Shown here: piece by piece, positions 53,567-64,000 of the stretch
How the letters are laid out: each line of letters opens with the position of its first letter
How positions within the stretch are numbered: the first letter of the stretch is position 1
Assembly: GCF_009834535.1 (NCBI RefSeq)
Contig: NC_045697.1
Location: 49,230,001-49,294,000 of the forward strand
Source of the DNA: Camelus ferus
Lineage: Eukaryota
Direction of reading: 5' to 3'
Length of the DNA stretch: 64,000 nucleotides
Notes under the pieces: model-generated
What the model was told of the DNA's origin: nothing
The model's input: only the letters and a program-made list of their open reading frames with translations
Database searches by the model: none
Position numbers and translations under genes: made by a program

Positions 53567-56187
53567 TCTCAAACTCATTCTATGAAGCCACCATCACCCT
53601 GATACCAAAACCAGGCAAAGACACCACCAAAAAAGAGAATTACAGACCGATATCATTGATGAACATAGATACAAAAATCCTTACCAAAGTATTAGCAAAT
53701 AGAATCCAACAGTACATAAAACAGATTATACATCATGATCAAGTGGGGTCATCCCAGGGACACAAGGATGGTTCAACACATGCAAATCAATCAATGTAAT
53801 ACATCACATCGACAAGAGAAAGGACAAAAACCACATGATCATCTCAACAGATGCACAAAAAGCTTTTGATAAAATTCAACACCCATTTATGATAAAAACT
53901 CTCGCCAAAGTGGGTATAGAGGGAACATATTTCAACATAATAAAAGCTATATAAGACAAACCTACAGCCAGAATAGTACTTAACAGTGAAAAACTCAAAA
54001 GCTTCCCACTAAAATCTGGGACAAGACAAGGGTGCCTACTATCACCACTCCTATTCAACATAGTCTTGGAAGTCCTAGACACAGCAATCAGGCAAGAGAG
54101 AGAAATAAAAGGGATCCAAATTGGAAAAGAAGAAGTAAAAGTGTCACTATATGCAGATGACATGATACTATATACAGAAAACCCTAAAAGGTCCACACAA
54201 AAACTACTAGATACAATCAAAGAATTCAGCAAGGTAGCAGCTTACAAGATTAATGTTCAAAAATCAGCTGCATTTCTTTACACTAATGATGAATCAACAG
54301 AAAAAGAAACTAAAGAAACAATCCCCTTTAAAATAGCACCCGAAGTAATAAAATACCTAGGAGTAAATCTAACCAAGGAGGTGAAAGAATTATACACAGA
54401 AAACTATAAAACACTGATTAAGGAAATTAAAGAAGATTTTAAAAAATGGAAAGATATCCCATGCTTCTGGATTGGAAGAATCAATACTGTTAAAATGGCC
54501 ATACTGCCCAAGGAAATCCACAGATTTAATGCAATCCCTATCAAATTACCCAGGACATATTTCACAGAACTAGAACAAATCATAGTAAGATTTATATGGA
54601 ACCACAAAAGACCTAGAATTGCAAAAGCATTACTGAAGAAAAAGAAAGAGTCTGGAGGAATAACTCTCCCAGACTTCAGACAATACTACAGAGCTACAGT
54701 CATCAAGACAGCATGGTATTGGTACAAAAACAGACATATGGACCAATGGAACAGAATAGGGAGCCCAGAAATGAACCCACAAACTTTTGGTCAACTGATC
54801 CTCGACACAGGAGGCAAGAATATACAATGGAATAAAGACAGTCTCTTCAGCAAATGGTGTTGGGAAAACTGGACAGCAGTATGTAAAGCAATGAAGCTAG
54901 AACACTCCCTTACACCATACACAAAAATAAACTCAAAATGGATCAAAGACTTAAACATAAGACAAGATACAATTAACCTCCTAGAAGAAAATAAAGGCAA
55001 AACATTAACTCACATACATCTCAAAAATGTTCTCCTAGGACAGTCTACCCAAACAATAGAAATAAAAGCAAGAATAAACAAATGGGACCTAATGAAACTT
55101 ACAAGCTTCTGCACAGCAAAGGAAACCATAAGTAAAACAAAATGACAACCTACGGAATGGGAAAAAATTTTTGCAAATGAAACCGACAAAGGCTTGATCT
55201 CCAGAACATATAAGCAGCTCATACAACTTAATAAGAAAAAAACAAATAACCCAATCCAAAATTGGGCCAAAGACCTAAACAAGCAATTCTCCAAGGAAGA
55301 AATACAAATGATCAATAGGCACATGAAAAAATGCTCAATATCACTAATTATCAGAGAAATGCAAATCAAAACTATGATGAGGTATCACCTCACACCAGTC
55401 AGAAAGGCCATCATTCAAAAGTCCACAAATGACAAATGCTGGAGAGGCTGTGGAGAAAAGGGAACCCTCCTACACTGCTGGTGGGAATGCAGTTTGGTGC
55501 AGCCACTGTGGAAAACAGTATGGAGACTCCTCAAAAGACTAGGAAGAGACGTACCACATGACCCAGGAATCCCGCTCCTGGGCATATATCCAGAAGGAAT
55601 CCTACTTCAAAATGACATCTGTACCCCAATGTTCATAGCAGCACTATTTACAATAGCCAAGACATGGAAACAGCCTAAATGTCCAACAACAGATGACTGG
55701 ATAAAGATGTGGTGTATTTATACAATGGAATACTATTCAGCCATAAAAACCAACAACATAATGCCATTTGCAGCAACATGGATGCTCCTGGAGAATGTCA
55801 TTCTAAGTGAAGTAAGCCAGAAAGAGAAAGAAAAATACCATATGAGATCGCTCATATGCAGAATCTAAAAAAAAAAAAACAAACAAACAAACAAAAAAAA
55901 CATAAATACAAAACAGAAACAGACTCATAGACATAGAATGCAAACTTGTGGTTGCCAGAGGGATGGGGGTGGGAGGAGACAGACTGGGATTTCAAAATGT
56001 GAATGGACAGGCAGGATTGTACTGTGTAGCACAGGAAGGCGTATACAGGATCTTGTGGTGGCTCACAGAGAGAGAATGTGACAATGAATGTATGTATGTT
56101 CGTGTACAGCTGAAAGATTGTGCTCTACACTGGAATTTGACACAGCATTGTAAAATGACTACAGCTCAATAAAAAAAAATGTTTAAA
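53567..56187 (+). mobile_element. Young lineage-specific L1, 5'-truncated (~2.6 kb), ORF2 RT to 3' end
   Basis: ORFs 54066..55145 (YADD motif) and 55194..55868. TSD aaaatcaacttg at 53555-53566 and 56188-56199. Confidence 0.95.
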
Positions 56188-57119
56188 AAAATCAACTTGG
56201 CAAATAGTAATATTCCAAGGCAAGCAAGTTTAATTCTATGTAAAACAAACAGTACTTATATATTGTGCTTTGCCAGGTTAAAAAAAGTAAATAATGATTC
56301 TTACTTGATAACTCTCCTCCCAGAAAGGTAAAACATTAAGTTTTTCTTTTCAAAAGAGGAATGATAGACTGAAAATCTTAATCAACTTCCAAGAAAATGG
56401 AAGATTTATAGTTCAATAAATCACCTGCAATTTGTCTGTTCCAGGAAACCCTCTCCTTTGCAATAAACTTAATTAAGACAATGGAAAGCTATCCAACTCC
56501 AGGAACAAGATACGATAGCCGGTGTCTGACCAGCATGAAAAGGTACAGTTGAAAAGCAAACTAAACTGAACTGTCATTAGCTTTCAAATCTTCAATCACT
56601 GGAAGCTAAAAGCTTATTTCTTCTTTTTGTGCTCATCCTTAAGCACGTAACTGTCTCTCCTTTAACATCAGAAATTTGAAGGTTCATATGGTGACAGTGG
56701 CCACTGAAATCTGGTCCTTCTTTTGTGCATGCATTTGAGACTGCAATGTTTGGGGTAACACACATCACAGATGAAGCTGTCCTTATGAAATGTGAGCTCT
56801 TGTACATCTCATTCTCAAATACCAGACTGCATCAGCTGGGTACAGGTTTTGAAAATGTCTTCTTATGTCAAAGTCCCAGAAAGAGACTAAGTATATGCTC
56901 AGAAACATCCTTACTCAAAATTCACTGTCCTTTTGGAATGCTTTTAAATATCAATAAAATATGTACTATTCCTTAATGCCTTAGTGATTTCTTTATTGTT
57001 TATGCAATTTTTCCAAAATACAGCCTCACCCAGTGCCTAGTGGCTGCCTTGCATATAGCCTGCAGGATCTGTCTGATTTCTGGGAAGAGTATTTTAATAA
57101 CATTACAAGAAAATCACAG

Positions 57120-57240
57120 AGGGAAGGGTATAGCTCAGTGGCAAGAGTGCATACTTAGTACGACGAGGTCCTGGATTCAATCCTAAGTATCTCTACGGAA
57201 AAATAAACATAATTACCTCCCCCCTACAAAAATCAAAGAA
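57120..57240 (+). mobile_element. tRNA-derived SINE (camelid Vic-1-like)
   Basis: gggaagggtatagctcagtggcaagagtgcat...ggattcaatcc...aattacctccccc. Confidence 0.85.
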
Positions 57241-58477
57241 ATAGTATTCTATTAAGAGTTTCTGAAAAAATACACTAGCAGCTCCCTGAATGCCTTAATC
57301 CCTTTATAAAAGAGCATCAGGCTCTCTATTACTATACTTTTAAGAGTTAAAGACTCTACATCAATCTATTACTATTCACATTATTTTATGTGCCTTTCAC
57401 ATGTGTGGCAACCCTTTACCTAGGAATGAGTCATATGCCTTCTATAAACTCAAAACAACAGGATTCTACTACATTATACTGATTTATAATAAATAGGAAA
57501 TGTTCTATTTCTAACCCACTTTTCACTAATTTAACTGGCAAAATATTATTGATTATTTTCTTTGTAAGCAATGTATTATTCAAAGACTTAGTGAATTAGT
57601 GGGGTGGGAATTATCTTTAAATGCCTTGCACTAATCTCTTCCCACTAGAAAACATTTCTTTTAACTGTATATCAATTGTATAATTTTGAATAACTAAAAC
57701 TTCAGACAAATCACAGATTATAGAAGTGTTATGCTGGAAAGGTCTTTGATGGTTAATTATAGAAACTACATTTGTTTCCTAGGATTCTCCTTTAAATTCA
57801 AGGGGAAACGAGTGAATGAACTTAGGATAGTCCAATTCCAGAAACAAACAAAGGTAAACACTACTAAAAAGAGAGAGAATGCAGTTTAATCTTTGTCCTG
57901 CTTAATCAAGGAGAAAGAATAACGAGATATAAAGACTTAGTGAAGAGGGAAAGAACAAAAGGACTAAGGAGATTTAGAAAATTTTCTAAAACAAATCAAA
58001 ATAAGCACAGGATCTCTCCTTCCCTCCATCCACATCTTTTATTTAAAATTTAGTATCAAGGTAGTACAATATGCTAAACAAATAACTAGACCTGCACTGC
58101 TTAATATGGTAGTCACTAACCACTCGTAGCTACTGAGCATCTGAAATGTCGCTAGTCATTTAATGTTTTTACGCTGACTACATTTTGAAATGATACTTTT
58201 TTCACGTTTTAGATTAAATAAAATATAAGTAATTTCACCTGTTTCTTTTTACTTTTTCAAAAGTTTTTTTTAATTAAGAAGTATAACTGACCTACAACAC
58301 TCTTAGTTCCAGGTGCACAACACGGTGATTCGATATTTCTATTCATTACAAAATGATAATCACCACAGCGATATTTATTAAATGTAAAATAAAATATGAT
58401 CACCTATCTCCTACTTAAAAAGTCTATAATGCCTTCCTATCACAATAAACATAAAACCCACTTGCTACTGTAGGCTA

Positions 58478-58839
58478 CCAGGGTCAGTAAAGGATCTCAG
58501 GATGGCTGGACAAAAACTTGCTCTAAAAGGCACTGACTGGGTAGCTTTTGGAGAGATCATAACAAAAAACCAAAAGGCCAGTGCCAACTCCTTAAAATTC
58601 TGGAATGGGACCCTCATCTCCAGGTTGGCTATTCTACCTGAAAATCCACCTGCTATCGACTGAGCTTACTATATGGTGAAGGATGGCTTGGCAGATGACT
58701 TTGAAAAAGAACTTTAATCTCTTAGAGGTTTTCATGCCAGAACATATATTGTCCAGGTGGATGCTGAAGAAAAAGATGCGAATGCTGTACTGAGTTTCTG
58801 TCTCTCTCAAAGGCCAGGACTGAAGAATACGTGAAAGAA
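58478..58839 (+). pseudogene. ATP5PD: ATP5PD (ATP5H, ATP synthase subunit d) processed pseudogene, 3'-truncated
   Basis: From the ATG at 58502 it reads [56 protein letters not shown]...GLADDFEK, then with frameshifts YIVQVDAEEK and [19 protein letters not shown] at Trp54. No introns. Confidence 0.92.
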
Positions 58840-59062
58840 TTCATGAAATACTGCTCCAGAATATAGAAATACTCCCAAGTTCAACAGTGAGAGCCCTTCA
58901 ACCACTCTATTCCAAGAGCTCAGTGGGGACACCACTTCCGCCCGCTCCAAGACGAACTCAGCCAGACTGGAGGGGAACAAGGCTGTCCACATGGTCACAG
59001 CCACCACCAGCACCAGGGCCAAAGGAGTTGCCATGAGAGCTGGGGCAGGCGCACAGGTGGGC
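58840..59062 (-). pseudogene. PIGU: PIGU processed pseudogene fragment (5' UTR plus codons 1-65)
   Basis: ORF 58807..59034 reads [65 protein letters not shown], matching the recalled PIGU N-terminus. Similarity stops exactly after nt 195. Confidence 0.92.
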
Positions 59063-60061
59063 TCTTTTTACTTTTTAAATGTGGCTACTAGAATATTTAA
59101 AATTAAGTATGTGGCTCCCATTATATTTCTTCAGGATAAAGCTAGACAAGACAGTAAGTGCTATAAAGCCAGGAGAAGAAATCACTATGTACTGAAGAGG
59201 GCTTCATGAAGATATTAAAACTTAAAGGAAGGAAAGGATTCAGGAAAGCAGAGGAAACTGCATTCCATGCTAGAGGAACCATATTATATGAACAGAAATA
59301 AGAGGGATCTCTCCAGCTCACTAGACGAGAGAATATTCTGAAAGAAATTAATCCTCCTCATGTAACATAAGAAAGTAGGTCAGTATACCTGAAATTAACA
59401 TTGTAAATCGACTACATGTCAATTAAAAAAAAAGGTTTTAAAAAAAAAAAGGTCAGAAGAAGTCATAGTCCTAAAGACACACATCTACAGAACCAGCAGA
59501 AATTAGGCAGACTGCCTTCTACAAATAAGTTAGAATGCTGCAAAACTTGAAAGACACAAGAAGGAATTTGGTTGGTTTTGTTCACTGTTCTATCTTCAAT
59601 ACTTAAAAGAGTGCCAGACATGTAACAGACACCTAAAATAAGTATTTTCTGAATAAATGAATGAGCAATGAACTATGTAGAATAGGGTGGTGCTTTCCGT
59701 TAAACTTAAAGGCAGGGACTCTGGAAGGAAAAGACAGTAAAGAGGGAAAGGATGTTAAGGAAGGAGAGAGCATCCACAGAACCTTTCTGTATGGTTCAAA
59801 AAAGAAGTAAAAAGGTTAAAGCACAAAACCATTTCCTCTTCCAACTCTGCATAATTTTGAATCTACATATTACCTGAGGTCTTGAAGTGAAGAAAAAATA
59901 ATGAATTAGGATTTATGAGATCCAAGAACATATTCCTTTTACTTTACTTTCCTGTGAGAAAATTTGTCTTGGATTATGCATGCTAAATGAATGAATGAAT
60001 GAGAAAAAGAAATAATATTCCAGCTACTTTGAGATTAATTAAAATAAAGACTAAGAGATTT

Positions 60062-61528
60062 TTGGGTTTTTTTAACATTTTTTTTAATTGAGTAATAGTC
60101 ATTTTGCAATGTTGTGTCAAATTCCAATGTAGAGCACAATTTTTCAGTTATACATGACCATATATATATATTCACTGTCACTTTTTTTTCCACTATGAGC
60201 TACCACAAGATCTTGTATATATTTCCCTGTGCTATACAGTATAATCTTGTTTATCAATCCTGCATTTAAAAATCCCAGTCTGTCCCTTCCCATCCCCTGC
60301 CCCCTTAGCAACCACAAGTTTATATTCTATGCCTATGAGTCTGTTTCTGTTTTGTATTTATGTTTTTTTTTAAGATTCCTCATATGAGTGATCTCATATG
60401 TTATTTTTCTTTCTCTTTCTGGCTTACTTCACTTAGAATGACATTCTCCAGGAACATCCATGTTGCTGCAAATGGCGTTACGTTGTCGGTTTTTGTGGTT
60501 GAACAGTATACATCGTATAAACATACCACATCACCTTTATTCAGTCATCTGTTGATGGACATTTAAGCTGTTTCCATGTCTTGGCTATTGTAAATAGTGC
60601 TACTATGAACACTGGGGTGCAGATGTCATTTTGAAGTAGTGTTCCTTCTGGATATATGCCCAGGAGCAGGATTCCTGGGTCATATGGTAAGCCTACTCCT
60701 AGTCTTTTGAGGAATCTCCATACTGTTTAAAACAGTGGCTTTCCTTGCTTCCCTCTCCCACTCTTAATGATTTAGATGTCTTCTTTTACAATTTTGTGCT
60801 TATTCTTTTTGTAATTCACGGCAGTTATCTCCTTTCCAGTTATGAGTTTCTCATTTTTGTAGCATCCTGCTTCTTTTCTATTTAGAGTAGACCTGTCAAT
60901 ATTTCTTTTAGCATGGGTTTAGTGTTGCTAAACTCTTTTAGTTTTTGCTTGTCTGTGAAGTTCTTTATCTCTCCTTCTATTCTAAAGGATAGCCTTGCTC
61001 GATAGAGTATCCTAGGCTGCACGTTTTTTTCATTCAGGACTTTGAATATGTCTTGCCACTCCCTTCTGCCCTGTAGTGTTTGTGTAGAGAAATCAGCTGA
61101 GAGCCTTATGGGGGTTCCCTTGTAACTCACTCTTTGTTTTTCTTTTGCTGCCTTTAGGATCGTTTCTTTATCCTTGACTCTGGCCATCTTGATTATGATA
61201 TGTCTTGGTGTGGGTCTGTTTGGGTTCTTCCTGTTTGGGACCCTCTGAGCCTCCTGTACTTGGATATCTGATTCCTTTAGGTTTGGGAAGTTTTCAGTCA
61301 TGATTTCTTCAAATACATTTTCAGTCCCTTTTGTTCTTTCTTCCCCTTCTGGAACCCGTATTATGCATAGATTGGCATGCTTTATATTATCCCATAGGTC
61401 CCTTATATTATTTTCATTGTTTCTCATTTGTTTTTCTCTCAGCTGTTCTGATTGGGTGCTTTCTGTTGTCCTGTCTCCTAGGTCACTTATTCGTTCCTCT
61501 GCATTATATAGCCTGCTTTGTACAGTCG
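60062..61528 (-). mobile_element. L1 with ORF1 joined directly to the ORF2 3' tip and 3' UTR (internal deletion)
   Basis: Open ORF1 C-terminus 60882..61427, spacer 60741-60881, then a jump to the ORF2 end and 3' UTR (60062-60740). Confidence 0.88.
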
Positions 61529-64000
61529 GTTTTTTTTTTTTTTAACATTTTTTATTGATTTATAATCATTTTACAATGTTGTGTCAAATTCCAGTGTTCA
61601 GCACAATTTTTCAGTCATTCATGGACATATACACACTCATTGTCACATTTTTTTCTCTGTGAGTTATCATAACATTTTGTGTATATTTCCCTGTGCTATA
61701 CAGAGTAGTCTATTCTACAATTTTGAAATCCCAGTCTATCCCTTCCCACCCTCTGCCCCCCTGGTAACCACAAGTCTGTATTCTCTGTCTGTGAGTCTAT
61801 TTCTGTCCTTTATTTATGCTTTGTTTTTGTTTGTTTGTTTTTGTTTTTGTTTTTTAGATTCCACATATGAGCGATCTCATATGGTATTTTTCTTTCTCTT
61901 TCTGGCTTACTTCACTTAGAATGACATTCTCCAAGAGCATCCATGTTGCTGCAAATGGCATTATGTTGTCGGTTTTTATGGCTGAGTAGTATTCCATTGT
62001 ATAAATATACCACTTCTTCTTTATCCAGTCACCTGTTGATGGACATTTAGGCTGTTTCCATGTTTTGGCTATTGTAAATAGTGCTGCTATGAACATTGGG
62101 GTGCAGGTGTCATCCTGAAGTAGATTTCCTTCTGGATACAAGCCCAGGAGTGGGATTCCTGGGTCATATGGTAAGTCTATTCCTAGTCTTTTGAGGAATC
62201 TGACACTGCTTTCCATAGTGGCTGCACCAAACTGCATTCCCACCAGCAGTGTAGGAGGGTTCGCCTTTCTCCACAGCCTCTCCAGCATTTGTCATTTGTG
62301 GATTTTTGAATGATGGCCATTCTGACTGGTGTGAGGTGATACCTCATTGTAGTTTTGATTTGCATTTCTCTGATAATTAGTGATATTGAGCATTTTTTCA
62401 TATGCCTTTTGATCATTTGTATGTCTTCCTTGAAGAATTGCTTGTTTAGGTCTTCTGCCCATTTTTGGATTGGGTTGTTTATTTTTTTCTTATTGAGTCG
62501 TATGAGCTGCTTATATATTCTGGAGATCAAGCCTTTGTCGGTTTCACTTGCAAAAATTTTCTCCCATTCCGTAGGTTTTCTTCTTGTTTTATTTCTGGTT
62601 TCCTTTGCTGTGCAGAAGCTTGTAAGTTTCATTAGGTCCCATTTGTTTATTCTTGCTTTTATTTCTTCTAGGAGAAAATTTTTGAGATGTATGTCAGATA
62701 ATGTTTTGTCTATGTTTTCTTCTAGGAGGTTTATTGTATCTTGTCTTATGTTTAAGTCTTTAATCCATTTTGAGTTGATTTTTGCATATGGTATAAGGGA
62801 GTGTTCTAGCTTCATTGTTTTACATGCTGCTGTCCAGTTTTCCCAACACCATTTGCTGAAGAGACTGTCTTTATTCCAATGTATATTCTTGCCTCCTTCG
62901 TCAAAGATGAGTTGACCAAAAGTTTGTGGGTTCATTTCTGGGCTCTCTATTCTGTTCCATTGGTCTATATGTCTGTTTTGGTACCAATACCATGCTGTCT
63001 TGATGACTGTAGCTCTATAGTATTGTCTGAAGTCTGGGAGAGTTATTCCTCCAGCCTCTTTCTTTCTCTTCAGTAATGCTTTGGCAATTCTAGGTCTTTG
63101 ATGGTTCCATATGAATTTTATTATGATTTGTTCTAGTTCCGTGAAATATGTCCTGGGTAATTGGATAGGGATTGCATTAAATCTGTAGATTGCCTTGGGC
63201 AGTGTGACCATTTTAACAATATTGATTCTTCCAATCCAAGAGCATGGAATATCTTTCCATTTTTTTAAGTCTTCTTTAATTTCCTTCATCAATGGTTTAT
63301 AGTTTTCTGTGTATAATTCTTTCACCTCCTTGGCTAGATTTATTCCCAGATATTTTATTACTTTGGGTGCTATTTTAAAGGGGATTGTTTCTTTACTTTC
63401 TTCTTCTATTGATTTATCGTTAGTGTAAAGAAATGCAACTGATTTTTGAACGTTAATTTTGTAACCTGCTACCTTGCTGAATTCTTCAATCAGCTCTAGC
63501 AGCTTTTGTGTGGATCTTTTAGGGTTTTCTATATATAGTAACATGTCATCAGCATATAATGACACTTTTACCTCTTCTTTTCCAATTTGGATCCCTTTTA
63601 TTTCTTTCTCTTGCCTGACTGCTGTGGCTAGGACTTCCAGGACTATGTTGAATAGGAGTGGTGATACTGGGCATCCTTGTCTTGTCCCAGATTTTAGTGG
63701 GAAGCTTTCGAGTTTTTCACCGTTCAGTACTATGCTGGCTGTAGGTTTGTCATATATAGCTTTTATTATGTTGAGATATGTTCCCTCTATACCCACTTTG
63801 GCGAGAGTTTTTATCATAAATGGGTGTTGAATTTTATCAAATGCTTTTTCTGCATCGATTGAGATGATCATGTGGTTTTTGTCCTTTCTCTTGTTGATGT
63901 GATGTATTCCACTGATTGATTTGCGTATGTCGAACCATCCTTGTGTCCCTGGGATGAACCCCACTTGGTCATGATGTATAATCTTTTTTATGTGTTGTTG
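61529..64000 (-). mobile_element. Young L1, ORF2 RT/C-terminal half plus 3' UTR and poly(A); runs off the window
   Basis: 593-aa ORF 62183..63964 with YADD. One frameshift near 62200 into 61854..62288. T-run at 61529-61543. Confidence 0.95.

Larger units (their letters stand above)
58087..59145. mobile_element. MER3-like hAT element split by the retrocopy (halves 58087-58257 and 59077-59145)
   Basis: ...aatttcacctgtttctttttacttttt | aaatgtggctactagaatatttaaaatt... rejoins into contiguous MER3-type sequence (compare 40376-40470). Confidence 0.75.

Noticed and set aside
56592..56976. Overlapping 71- and 83-aa ORFs in non-repeat DNA
   Set aside because: Lengths expected by chance, with no recognisable homology or splice structure.
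2196..57240. tRNA genes at 2196, 5427 and 57120
   Set aside because: They have A/B boxes but also A-rich tails and no complete cloverleaf, so they are SINEs.
30500..60000. CXCL11/CXCL10 chemokine exons expected by synteny on the plus strand
   Set aside because: I scanned the non-repeat stretches for MSVKGMA and FPMFKRGRCLC-type coding sequence and found none. They are probably beyond the right edge.
1..64000. Prokaryote-type systems (CRISPR, operons, retron or defence RT)
   Set aside because: This is intron-containing mammalian DNA. All RT motifs belong to L1 ORF2, and no repeat-spacer array was seen.

Overview
Mammalian genomic DNA, not prokaryotic. The tRNA-derived SINEs and young L1 3' ends resemble camelid families, but the species is an inference. 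The only intact gene is ART3 (GPI-anchored ecto-ADP-ribosyltransferase 3) on the minus strand. It has a probable TATA promoter and non-coding exon near 20.0-20.1 kb, a signal-peptide exon (18714-18791), the catalytic-domain exon (12802-13510) and six 30-33 nt phase-1 mini-exons (5279 down to 23). The terminal GPI-signal exon lies left of the window. The rest is mostly L1, L2, MIR, MaLR/ERVL LTRs and DNA-transposon relics. The most unusual object is an 805-bp TSD-flanked chimeric retrocopy (58258-59062). In it, spliced PIGU 5' exons join an antisense ATP5PD processed pseudogene and end in an L1-derived poly(A) signal. Other oddities are an ORF1-only internally deleted L1, a long inverted young-L1 pair and an orphan polyadenylated insertion. 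I found no convincing new multi-gene system. Gene and repeat names are from recall, not database searches.
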